57,453 bases of DNA from Octopus bimaculoides (GCF_001194135.2 NC_068999.1:44251602-44309054), one strand, 5' to 3'. Shown: positions 25,091-37,579, numbered from the stretch's first letter. Notes: a model not told the origin generated them from the letters alone. A program made the numbers and translations.

Positions 25091-26258
25091 AAAACAAAAA
25101 ATTCTCTTTACAAAATTATAATATTTAATATTGTTTATATATTAAGGTCAGACAACTTATTCTCTGACGAAAATAGACAATGAAAAGCAGACACAGAAGA
25201 AACACACATAAACAAAGGGTCGTATCATAACCCCTCATTATTGGCTCCGCGTAGTCATATGGCAAAGGGATATACGTTACTTAGAAAAACAATCAGGCAC
25301 AGACACCGCCTCAAATACTTACCCCCCACCATATACACACACATATATACACAGTCATACGTTTAATTATATAAAATTTACATGAAAGCTCGTTTACAAC
25401 TGACCTGGGATTAAACGAAAAATAGATTTTATGTACCTAAGCGTATTAATTTAGAAGCAAGCACACATACACAACTATACACAGAGCCCATATATGTATA
25501 TGTATACCTACCCATTGCTCCTCGCCCTCTCTTTCTCTGTCTGTCTGTCTGTCTCACTCTCTCTCTCTCTCTATATATATACACATATATGTTTCGTATA
25601 CATATATATATATATGAAACAAAATATGAAAGGTGTGTGTGCGTATGTATATATACTTACATACGTAAATACATACGTAAATACATGCATACTTACATTC
25701 ATGCATAAATGCATATACATAGATATGAGTTTGCAAACGCGATTTTTCCTTTTTTTTATGGCTGTATTTATCATGAACGCTTGAAATATGTGCAAGATAG
25801 CTATCCCATAAAGACGTCACCAAATGCTAACTTGCAAATCTAAATTCTAGAGGTAGAGATATAAAATAAAGGAAGTCAAGAAAGCTAACTTTATGTGGAT
25901 AGCAAAGTCGGTAATATGTTTAAGCCAAAACCACTCAGATTACTGCCTTTTGTTGTATTTTATCATCTGTTACTTACTTCAAAACTATGTTAATGGACCA
26001 TTAAAACGATTACGACTTGTGCAAGAGCACTGATATTTATGTTAGTGTTTCGTTAAGCAGCCATGTTGTGAACAGTTGTAACCTTGAACTAACAAAGGAA
26101 CCACATTTGCGGTCACTAAACCTGATATANNNNNNNNNNNNNNNNNNNNNNNNNNNNNNNNNNNNNNNNNNNNNNNNNNNNNNNNNNNNNNNNNNNNNNN
26201 NNNNNNNNNNNNNNNNNNNNNNNNNNNNNNNNNNNNNNNNNNNNNNNNNNNNNNNNNA

Positions 26259-26302
<44 letters not shown>

Positions 26303-26428
26303 TATGTGTGTGTATGTACGCATGTATATGCATACATGCATGCATGTTTAATTGTATATATATATATACCTCTATGCAAGTGTTTATAGGGAACGCATTC
26401 TTTACTTTCTCTCCTCGTTTCTGTGTTC

Positions 26429-26464
26429 CTTTCTATAGAAGAGCATAGGCTCGAAACGTTAAAG
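26429..26464 (+). ncRNA. Minimal hammerhead-like motif (family iii) with non-canonical core, probable Penelope-like repeat end
   Basis: cuuu-CUAUAGA-a-GAG cauagg CUC-GAAA-C-GUU-aaag: stem I 4 bp, stem II 3 bp, palindromic stem III (ACGU); G5 and A6 are not canonical. Confidence 0.4.
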
Positions 26465-26944
26465 ACATTTTTCACTTCCTGAGCTTTAAACTAATATACA
26501 TATATTAGTTTCTGTGTGTATTTTATGCGTAAGAGCGTATGTCTGATTGTATTTAAACGTGTTTATGCGTGTGTCAGTGTAATTATATGTATATGTGTGC
26601 ATCTTTGGTTATTACTGACACTGGATGTCTTCATATTTCTATTGTTATGTTCCGCAACTTCAATATGTGAGTTCTTGGCGTAATTGTGGGCGTGTGTGCT
26701 TGCCTGTTTGTTTGCGTGTACGTATGTTTTTCGAGAAAAAAGGGAATGAAAGGTATATTGTGTTTTTCTGAGTTTAGCAAAAAAGTAAGAACGATGAAGG
26801 TTTACGTGGGAGCTGTCATATTCAGTAAGGGTTCAATTCTTTACTGTTCATCTTCTCTTTCGCGGAAGACTTCAATTAAGATTCCTTGAAGACTGGCGCT
26901 AACAGATAAGAGAGGTACTTACTTGTCTCGTTGATTTCGCTATA

Positions 26945-27141
26945 GAATCTCCCATGGAGAGAGAGAGGGGGGAGAGAGAGTGCGAGAGAGACAGAGTAAC
27001 AGAAAATGGAAGAGAAATACGACAGCACCGATAGAATAAGAGAGATAGAAAGTGAAAGAGAGAAGAGAAAAGAAAATTAACATTGTGCATGTGTTCATGG
27101 CAAGATTAAGGAATATTGGGATCTGAAAGGAAGCATGGAAC

Positions 27142-27207
<66 letters not shown>

Positions 27208-27560
27208 GAGGGAGGTTGGGGGTGGGGAAGAAAGTTAGGTAAACTGAATGAAAAGTATATGTGTATATGAAATTCTGTATTATTGGATGTGATTAGGGTG
27301 AAAAGGAGAGATAAATATGGACAGAATTAGAGCGGTTCGAAGAAAAGGTAAGGTAAAATGGAAGGAATGAAAGAGGGAGAGAAGAAGGAAGTGACAGATA
27401 GCGAAGGAGTGGAAAGAAAAGGAGACAGAATGAGTGAAAAACATGAGAGAGTAGATGGGAGTTGAATGGAAGTGAGAAAGGGAGTAAAAGTGAGTGTGTA
27501 TGAGAGAGAGAGAAAGAAAATGTGTGAAAGAAAAATTAGGAAAATAGAAAAGAGAGTGAG
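26945..27560. repeat. Purine-rich (GA)n/low-complexity region with G4 motif at 27204-27227
   Basis: (AG)n at about 27146-27203; gggggagggaggttgggggtgggg. Confidence 0.85.
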
Positions 27561-27924
27561 TATGTATTAAACGAAAGAATGTGTTATCATTCGATGTGAT
27601 TAGGGTGGTGGAGAGAGACAAGCATGAACTGAATAAGGGTGGCTGGACAAAAACGAAAGTGAAAGTAGCTTCAATAATCCAGTTCATCCTCCGTGAGAGT
27701 TTGGACAATGAGCAAACTGCAGCATGCTGTGTGCCAATCTATATGATTGACAAGTGTTGGCCTGATGGTCATATACAATTACTCAAACAAAACTCTCGTG
27801 TCCAATAGCGTTTAATCAGTCAATATTATCAACCATTCCTCCTCCTCCTCCAGCTGCTGCCGCTGCTGCTACTTCTTCTGCTTCTCTGCCGAAATTGAGG
27901 CCAAAGTAAGTTCACATGAAGATA

Positions 27925-28310
<386 letters not shown>

Positions 28311-28857
28311 GTTGTTGTTGCTGTTTTTTCAGGCAGCAACAAGCGTCAAGCACAACTATCTAAGATTATAATCAACCTAACAACNNNNNNNNNNNNNNNN
28401 NNNNNNNNNNNNNNNNNNNNNNNNNNNNNNNNNNNNNNNNNNNNNNNNNNNNNNNNNNNNNNNNNNNNNNNNNNNNNNNNNNNNNNNNNNNNNNNNNNNN
28501 NNNNNNNNNNNNNNNNNNNNNNNNNNNNNNNNNNNNNNNNNNNNNNNNNNNNNNNNNNNNNNNNNNNNNNNNNNNNNNNNNNNNNNNNNNNNNNNNNNNN
28601 NNNNNNNNNNNNNNNNNNNNNNNNNNNNNNNNNNNNNNNNNNNNNNNNNNNNNNNNNNNNNNNNNNNNNNNNNNNNNNNNNNNNNNNNNNNNNNNNNNNN
28701 NNNNNNNNNNNNNNNNNNNNNNNNNNNNNNNNNNNNNNNNNNNNNNNNNNNNNNNNNNNNNNNNNNNNNNNNNNNNNNNNNNNNNNNNNNNNNNNNNNNN
28801 NNNNNNNNNNNNNNNNNNNNNNNNNNNNNNNNNNNNNNNNNNNNNNNNNNNNNNNNN

Positions 28858-28858
28858 T

Positions 28859-28935
<77 letters not shown>

Positions 28936-29092
28936 AAGAAGAAGAAGAAGAAGAAGAAGAAGAAGAAGAAAAGAAGAAGAAGAAGAAGAAGAATGGCACA
29001 CTTCTTTTTTTGCTTCTATATTTTCTGGAGGAGTACCTCAATCCTATGAATAATAATGATGATGATGATGATAATAATAATAATAATAATAG
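28858..29092. repeat. (AAT)n(GAA)n and (GAT)n(AAT)n microsatellites
   Basis: Direct inspection. Confidence 0.95.
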
Positions 29093-29403
29093 AATTTGAT
29101 TATAGTGCAAAACGCTATCACTTCAACAATACAACCCAAACAAAACAACGCACAGCACAAGACACACTACTTAGCAATTATCCAGTGAAATGAAAAATAA
29201 CATAACACAATAAAATACCGGGAATAGTTTTAGCGACCCTAACAACAGAAAAGAACACCCAATGCTGCACACACCCCAGAATTTGGTGACGCAGTAAAAA
29301 TTTGCCGCAAACTACCAAATGCAGACCAATTATATAATAATAATGATAATTGTAACAACAGCAACAACAACAACATAAACAGTAATGATAATAATAATAA
29401 ACT

Positions 29404-29700
29404 GTGAAAGAAAGCAAGCGATGCTGGATCAGAGATATAGGATGCCCAGCTGACAGCAAAGTATGCGATAAGGTGGAAAGAAAAGTTCATAGACATGACA
29501 GGTTAGCTTGGGAGGTTAAGGAGCTGTGGTCGATGAAAAAGGTGGTAGTAGTACCAATAATTGTCGGAGGCCTGGGAACAGTGAGTAAAAACCTTCAGAA
29601 GTACATGGAACAAATACGGGTTGTAATAAGGGTGAAACAATTGCAGAAAACATCACTGCTTGGAACCGCTCGAATGCTTCGGATGGTCTTCGAAAAATTT
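29404..29700 (+). mobile_element. 5'-truncated non-LTR retrotransposon: C-terminal restriction-like endonuclease (R4/Dong-like)
   Basis: Open frame KRCWIRDIGCPADSKVCDKVERKVHRHDRLAWEVKELWSMKKVVVVPIIVGGLGTVSKNLQKYMEQI...LQKTSLLGTARMLRMV matches the RLE pattern DIACP..K..K..Y..L...W....V.PIIVGALG...LQK.ALLGTA.ILR; starts directly after (TAA)n. Confidence 0.88.
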
Positions 29701-29769
29701 CGATGTGATAAAATATCACATCGATAAAATATGTTGGAACACAAGTATGCTAATCCCAGGACTAAAACT

Positions 29770-29880
29770 CTCGCGTGGAAAACATCTGTACCTGTGATTG
29801 TCAAAGCTTTGGGTTTGATATGAAATGGAGCTCATAAATACTATGGTCAAATCTCAGGAAACCCAGAGTGTCAGATGATC
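29770..29880 (+). mobile_element. Second, more decayed RLE C-terminal fragment from a different subfamily
   Basis: In-frame LAWKTSVPVIVKALGLI*NGAHKYYGQISGNP resembles W..K...VPVIVGALG.I..G...Y..QIPGNP. Confidence 0.6.
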
Positions 29881-29890
29881 AACGAAACTT

Positions 29891-30174
29891 CTACTCACAA
29901 TCGTAAGGTTGTGAGTTCAAATCACGGCGATGCGTTGAGTCCTTGAGGAAGACACTTTATTTCATGTTGCTCCAGTCCACTCAGCCGGCAAAAATGAGTT
30001 GTACCTGTATTTCAAAGGGCCAGCCTTGGGACACTGTGTCACGCTGATTCACGCTGAGAACTACGTTAAAGGTACACGTGTCTGTGAAGTGCTCAGCCAC
30101 TTGTACGCTAATTTCACGAACAGGCCGTTCCGTTGATCGGTTCACCTGGAACCCTCGTCGTCTGTCGGAGTGCT
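29891..30174 (+). mobile_element. SINE family D (tRNA head, CORE-like segment, tail), 5' truncated
   Basis: cacaatcgtaaggttgtgagttcaaatc (B box), ccttgaggaagacacttt...ctccagtccactcagc...aaaaatgag, tail gtatttcaaagggccagcctt...gagaactacgttaaaggtacacgtgtctgtg...ggaaccctcgtcgtc. Confidence 0.88.
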
Positions 30175-31020
30175 CCTTTATANNNNNNNNNNNNNNNNNN
30201 NNNNNNNNNNNNNNNNNNNNNNNNNNNNNNNNNNNNNNNNNNNNNNNNNNNNNNNNNNNNNNNNNNNNNNNNNNNNNNNNNNNNNNNNNNNNNNNNNNNN
30301 NNNNNNNNNNNNNNNNNNNNNNNNNNNNNNNNNNNNNNNNNNNNNNNNNNNNNNNNNNNNNNNNNNNNNNNNNNNNNNNNNNNNNNNNNNNNNNNNNNNN
30401 NNNNNNNNNNNNNNNNNNNNNNNNNNNNNNNNNNNNNNNNNNNNNNNNNNNNNNNNNNNNNNNNNNNNNNNNNNNNNNNNNNNNNNNNNNNNNNNNNNNN
30501 NNNNNNNNNNNNNNNNNNNNNNNNNNNNNNNNNNNNNNNNNNNNNNNNNNNNNNNNNNNNNNNNNNNNNNNNNNNNNNNNNNNNNNNNNNNNNNNNNNNN
30601 NNNNNNNNNNNNNNNNNNNNNNNNNNNNNNNNNNNNNNNNNNNNNNNNNNNNNNNNNNNNNNNNNNNNNNNNNNNNNNNNNNNNNNNNNNNNNNNNNNNN
30701 NNNNNNNNNNNNNNNNNNNNNNNNNNNNNNNNNNNNNNNNNNNNNNNNNNNNNNNNNNNNNNNNNNNNNNNNNNNNNNNNNNNNNNNNNNNNNNNNNNNN
30801 NNNNNNNNNNNNNNNNNNNNNNNNNNNNNNNNNNNNNNNNNNNNNNNNNNNNNNNNNNNNNNNNNNNNNNNNNNNNNNNNNNNNNNNNNNNNNNNNNNNN
30901 NNNNNNNNNNNNNNNNNNNNNNNNNNNNNNNNNNNNNNNNNNNNNNNNNNNNNNTATAATTATGTATTCACTTCTTCGTATTCTGTATGTATTTTTATGC
31001 TTTATGTAAATATAGTTGAG

Positions 31021-31062
<42 letters not shown>

Positions 31063-31064
<2 letters not shown>

Positions 31065-31092
31065 GGGTCACCCAAAAGTAGGCTTACAGTTA
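31063..31092. mobile_element. Solo Tc1-type TIR related to the 15521 MITE
   Basis: cagggtcacccaaaagtaggcttacagtt versus cagggtggtgcaaaagtagatgtacagtt. Confidence 0.55.
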
Positions 31093-31340
31093 TCAAGTAG
31101 GCACTTTAAATTTTTTCTAATGCATTTTATTACTTTTAAATTTCCATCTTACAATTAATTAAATTACCATAGAATAATGCTTTCATATTATTTTTTTTTT
31201 TACAATTAATTCATTTTTGCTCCCTTACCTTTACTCCCTCCCCTCACTCACTTAGCGGTCATTCTAATAGCTCTTTCGTCTTAATAACGGTCAACCACAC
31301 AGTAATTTCGCCCTGTTTAACGGTCATTTTCATAGCATCC

Positions 31341-31424
31341 TTCGATGACCAGATAACTGAAGAGATGGCGACGTGGGTTTCCGTCCCGGCATCCGAAACT
31401 CGGAGTTTTATCATGGCTACCGAA
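31341..31424 (+). ncRNA. Type I hammerhead ribozyme (family ii), copy 1
   Basis: gauaa-CUGAAGA-GAUG...CAUCC-GAAA-CUC G GAG-UU-uuauc; stem I extends to about 16 bp (uucgaugacca gauaa / uuauc a uggcuaccgaa); intact CUGANGA and GAAA, GUU triplet; one G missing in stem II. Confidence 0.65.
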
Positions 31425-32183
31425 TAATTGTCACATATTATTTACAGATATATATATATACATATACACACTTACATGTATGTATGCACGTAAGTATATG
31501 TATGCTTGTATGTATGTGTACGCATATGAATGTATGTATGTATGTATGTATGTATGCATGTGTGTACGTACGTAAGGATGGATGGATGGATGGATGGATG
31601 GATGGATGGAAGGAAAATTCACGTATGAAATATATCCATTATATTTATGTATATTTAGAGCGACGAAAATAAACTGCATAGTGATATAGTAATATTGTAT
31701 AGTAATATATTAGTAATATGATATTAATCAGCGTAATTAATATCGAACGTGGGTAAAGTAGTCTTACCTCAACTAAAAGCTAGTGAATTTACTTTTAACG
31801 CTGGTACGCGTTTTGTTTCTGCAAACGGAACTCATCACTTACGTCGTTAAGCAGTTTCGACAGACGACATGGTAAAGAACTAACTGTTATCAACGTGGAA
31901 TAAAGCGGCTTCAATTTCCTAAAATAAGGGTAAGAATCAAATGAAATAAAGGACAGAAATTCATCTAGGCATGTTAATGTTGTACTCACGTTAAAAAAAC
32001 ACCTGTGGCAGACTTAACTGTATGAAAAAAATATTAAGAACGACTGACATGAATATTTATTTAGGTTTAGAAAGACAGGTGCTACTCGTAATATATATAT
32101 AAAAAAAAACAATAAGTCACACAAATACGCGGAAATACAATCATATGTACAAGTGCGTGTGCATGTGTGTGCGTGTGTGTGTG

Positions 32184-32254
<71 letters not shown>

Positions 32255-32480
32255 NNNNNNNNNNNNNNNNNNNNNNNNNNNNNNNNNNNNNNNNNNNNNN
32301 NNNNNNNNNNNNNNNNNNNNNNNNNNNNNNNNNNNNNNNNNNNNNNNNNNNNNNNNNNNNNNNNNNNNNNNNNNNNNNNNNNNNNNNNNNNNNNNNNNNN
32401 NNNNNNNNNNNNNNNNNNNNNNNNNNNNNNNNNNNNNNNNNNNNNNNNNNNNNNNNNNNNNNNNNNNNNNNNNNNNNNNN

Positions 32481-32485
32481 GATGT

Positions 32486-32575
<90 letters not shown>

Positions 32576-32760
32576 GAGAGAAAAGATGAAGGAAAGATAA
32601 AATAAACGCAAGGTTGAGAAAAGGAAATAAAAAAATTCGAAAGGACGAGAAAGAGAGAGAGAGATACAGAGAGACAGAGAGAGAAAGAGAGAAAGAAAGA
32701 AAGAATGAATGAAGAAGGTGTGAAAGATAGAGACAGAGACAGTGAGAGAGCAAAAAGAAA
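32481..32760. repeat. (GATA)n(GACA)n and GA-rich low complexity
   Basis: Direct inspection. Confidence 0.9.
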
Positions 32761-33146
32761 AGAGAGTTGTTAATGAATGCAGAGGTACTTATTTCTGGCT
32801 TTACATTAAAAGGCAACGGCGTTGTGTAGCAGTCATGTTGGCTAATAGCAACAAGGTAAGACGCTGGATTTCGCCTGCTTAATCATATTACTATTTGTGT
32901 GCAGTTATGGTGTGTCTTAATACGATAACATAGTTTACTACGAGGGCGAGTTATAAAGTTGATTGAGTGAACATTCAGTCGGTCCACTGGGAGTTATTCA
33001 CATGATGTCTGCTCTATCTCAACGAACTTCCGCGTTTCATAGAAGCAAACTTAAGTGAAGTTATATATTAACTTCATACACGCATATCTGATCTGAACAC
33101 ACAAAAATAATTATATATATATATATGTGCTTGTCTTTATCGCTCA

Positions 33147-33186
<40 letters not shown>

Positions 33187-33338
33187 ATATATGTAGGTGT
33201 GTGTGTTGTGTGTGTGTGTTTGTATGTGTTTGTGAGTCTATGTGTGTGTCAGTGCGTGTGTACATGTGATATATCTAAGAAATTTGCATGAACGTACTTT
33301 TAATACACGAATGCACACGCAGACTTGCACGTATGTGC

Positions 33339-33402
<64 letters not shown>

Positions 33403-33419
33403 ATGAATAGTTGATTAGT

Positions 33420-33576
33420 CTGACTCCAGTACGCAACTGGTACTTAATTTATCGACGCCGAAACGATCAAAGGCAATGTCGACTTGGGCAGAATTTGAAC
33501 TCAGAACGTAGCGGCAGACGAAACACCGCTAAGCATTTCGCCCGGAGTGCTAACGATTCTGCCAGCTCGCCGCCTT
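33420..33576 (-). mobile_element. SINE family B, 3' truncated
   Basis: ccagtacgcaactggtacttaatttatcgac...gaatttgaactcagaacgt...ctaagcatttcgcccgg...ctgccagctcgccgcctt. Confidence 0.9.
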
Positions 33577-34427
33577 AAAAAATAACAACAACAACAACAA
33601 TAACATCAACAACAACAATAACAACAACAACAACAATAATAATAATAATAATAATAATAATAAGAGTTAGAAGCTAGAAGTTGCGCTGGTGAAACTTGCA
33701 TGATGAATACGACAAGAATAAAATGAAATCACGAAACTAAACAGAAGATACAATAAATAAATAAAGAAAAAAGAAAGGAAGAATGAAAGAAAGAAAGAAA
33801 GGAAAAAGAAAGAAGAAAAGGAAAGAAATAGCCATGTAAGAAAGAAATCGGATAAGGAAACCAATTTAAGGAAGGGCCGAGATAGCGTTGCGTGTTTGAC
33901 AATGATTTCATTCTAAGTTGTCATCTCCAAGACATGGCTACATCACATGCACGTTTTGACTGTTTCGCCAATCACGTCTGTCATTCGATTTATTACAGCC
34001 ACCATTGAGTCTTCCATTTTATGATAGAATACCAAACGAATGTCCTAGTTCTGCAAATTGCATATATTTATATTCAACGTGGCCTAATTTTAATATTTTT
34101 ATATATATATATATATATTTGGTATTTGGATGTTTTTGAATACGTTTTTTTTTTTGAAATCGTTCTTTAATCATATTTTGTTGTTTATTTCTTTGTTTGT
34201 ATTTCTTTTTCTCATAGTTTATTTATTTCTGTACTTTATTCATTCGGTTAATTAGTTTAAACTAGTGCATGGCGGACACCAAATTGGTGCGGTTTTTGTG
34301 TGAGTAGGTGTGTACCGCGCTGAATTGAATAGACAAGAGTCCGGGAGTCTCTTAGAGAAATAAACATGGCCGACTATTATCAGTCAGGAGGAAAAAAAGC
34401 ATAAAAACGAGCTACGATGATGAAGCT

Positions 34428-34437
34428 GCAGTAGTAA

Positions 34438-34494
<57 letters not shown>

Positions 34495-34572
34495 CAACAG
34501 TGGCAGTCGCAGTAGCACCAGTAGTACTAGTAGTAGAAGTAGTAGGCAAGAACCTGCAGCAGCGGCAGCAGC

Positions 34573-34626
<54 letters not shown>

Positions 34627-34800
34627 NNNNNNNNNNGGTGGTAGTCCTACTGCAGCCGATGTTATTGGTGTTGCTGTTATTGTTGTAGCAATATTTGGTG
34701 GTGGTGATGATGATGATGATGATGTTGTTGTTGCTGTTAGTGATGGCGGTGGCGGTGTTGGTGGTGGCGGTGGTGGTGGCGGTGGTGTTGGCGTCTGTGG
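34428..34800. repeat. (AGT)n, (GCA)n, (GAT)n and (GGT/GGC)n microsatellites with 10-N gap
   Basis: Direct inspection. Confidence 0.95.
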
Positions 34801-35155
34801 TCGTGGAATCGATCGTACTGAATATCAGAGATTGCCATCTGAGATAGCGATCTCTCCGACTCTAAAACAATGAATTATTCATCAAACCGTCACTGCCATG
34901 TGATGGCTTGTAATAAGTGGGTCTACTTACCAAACATATCTACATACGCACTCGTATCCAACACAAAACATACATATAAACAAACATCAGCGTACATGCA
35001 CATACACAAGTGTGTGCAATGTTATCCAAAATATACATAAATATATGTATAGATATATAGAGAATAACCTATTAATACCAAACTTATATGCAAACTCCAA
35101 CAAGCACACACCAATCTTTCATATGCAGATATAAAGATTGCACAAGCATTGCATA

Positions 35156-35194
<39 letters not shown>

Positions 35195-35731
35195 NNNNNN
35201 NNNNNNNNNNNNNNNNNNNNNNNNNNNNNNNNNNNNNNNNNNNNNNNNNNNNNNNNNNNNNNNNNNNNNNNNNNNNNNNNNNNNNNNNNNNNNNNNNNNN
35301 NNNNNNNNNNNNNNNNNNNNNNNNNNNNNNNNNNNNNNNNNNNNNNNNNNNNNNNNNNNNNNNNNNNNNNNNNNNNNNNNNNNNNNNNNNNNNNNNNNNN
35401 NNNNNNNNNNNNNNNNNNNNNNNNNNNNNNNNNNNNNNNNNNNNNNNNNNNNNNNNNNNNNNNNNNNNNNNNNNNNNNNNNNNNNNNNNNNNNNNNNNNN
35501 NNNNNNNNNNNNNNNNNNNNNNNNNNNNNNNNNNNNNNNNNNNNNNNNNNNNNNNNNNNNNNNNNNNNNNNNNNNNNNNNNNNNNNNNNNNNNNNNNNNN
35601 NNNNNNNNNNNNNNNNNNNNNNNNNNNNNNNNNNNNNNNNNNNNNNNNNNNNNNNNNNNNNNNNNNNNNNNNNNNNNNNNNNNNNNNNNNNNNNNNNNNN
35701 NNNNNNNNNNNNNNNNNNNNNNNNNNNNNNN

Positions 35732-35808
<77 letters not shown>

Positions 35809-36299
35809 GGTTGTGTGTTTGTGAATATATAGAAACACCAAGAGTATGGGAATATATATATACAGCATGATATAGTCTGTTTGGAAAAATACATCGTAGT
35901 TTCAAGTTTTCCGCCTCATAAGAAGTAAGAAATAAGTTATCTCTATCGCAGCAAATGAGCGAATACGCAACACGAAATCTTTTTATGCGTAATGGCTGAA
36001 AATTGTAAACTGCCCATTGTTAACGTAACAGGAAAATTCCGCCTAAAAACACTATTTTAGCCTTTGTAAAGATAATTCAATAGACAGATCTTTGATTAAT
36101 ATTTACTTTAAAGCTCATCTGTTTTTGGTGAAACTGGCAGTGTGTCTCCACGTACAAGTGTTCAATTATTCATAGAAACGGTAGATTACGGCAACATAAT
36201 TTTCACATTATGAAACAGAATCATCAAGGAGGTGTCGCGAAATATCAATAGCAACGGTAAGCTTATCAGCAATGTAGACAGACAGAGCGAGAGAATAAC

Positions 36300-36325
36300 A
36301 GAGAGAGAGAAAGAGAAATATTAAG

Positions 36326-36398
<73 letters not shown>
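36300..36398. repeat. (GATA)n(GA)n microsatellite
   Basis: Direct inspection. Confidence 0.95.
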
Positions 36399-36399
<1 letters not shown>

Positions 36400-37002
36400 A
36401 GAAGGAGAGCAAAAGTTTGTTGGCGTCAACGATTGTATAACACTAGGTCAATAATTAAGTAGCCTTTCCATAAAACCAGACTAAGGTAACATGAAATAAT
36501 AATCTATATATCTGCAAATAAGTGTTTGAGAATAAACGAGAGTAATTCGTGCTCTGCTAAGGCTTTTAATCAAGAAATGTGAACTTCTTTGTAAAATTAT
36601 GGCAGATGTGAAACAACTATGAAGAGGAAAGGCGAGGAAAGGCCAGCTTCATACAAATTGTATATATACAACATACTTACAGAGCTTTGCACACGCACAC
36701 CCACACATACATCCACACACACATATGTTTGTATACGTATAACTAAATGTATATGCATGTATGTATGGTTGTATGTTTGTATGTATGTTTGTCATAAACT
36801 AGAAGAATATGCATTCCAAAACAGAAATTGGTTGGTAACTTTCTGACTATAAGCGAAATGGATTTTTCAATTCAAGACAATATTTACAAGCCAATATATA
36901 TATATAGCTTTATGTTTGCTTCGATAAACGGACCCTCCTAATAAACAACTATTTTACTCAATCGTTCTCTGCAAAGGTCATAAAACAGGTTATTATCTCT
37001 TC

Positions 37003-37044
<42 letters not shown>

Positions 37045-37108
37045 AACCACGTGTGTATGAATATGAACAAATATTTGTATTTTCATTAGAATCGATGAAA
37101 TGTGTGTC

Positions 37109-37339
37109 GTACGATACAAATGAGAAGATATCTTCTCGAACACAGAGTCGCCGTTAGAACAGCGGAAATGCCGTTAACTTAATGGCAAGGCACCCAGCTG
37201 GGAATTTTGAGGGATATGGATTCGTGCCCCATGACTGTTTGTAGACAAACTTTTCCGCCCTGTAATGGTAGTTTACCCAGTATTTCTTCTGTTCTAACGG
37301 CAAATCTGCATTCGAAAAAATATCTTATTTGTTTCGTAC
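37109..37339. mobile_element. 231-bp foldback element/MITE with about 60-bp imperfect TIRs
   Basis: Left gtacgatacaaatgagaagatatcttctcgaacacagagtcgccgttagaacagcggaaat; right reverse complement gtacgaaacaaataagatattttttcgaatgcagatttgccgttagaacagaagaaat; 13-bp perfect core gccgttagaacag. Confidence 0.8.
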
Positions 37340-37526
37340 AATATATATATATAAAGTGATGGTATGTTGTCAACTTAATGTGACAGTCCCATGAAAGGGA
37401 AGAATACTACTGCTATTATTCAAATATATATATACGCATTTATATATTCATGAACATATATACATATATACACAAATAATTATATATATGCCATATATAT
37501 ATGTATGTCTATTTTACACCCTCACA

Positions 37527-37579
<53 letters not shown>

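Noticed and set aside
33950-33995. Minus-strand GAAACAGTC hammerhead-like string
   Set aside because: There is no CUGANGA core and no stem I or stem II pairing.
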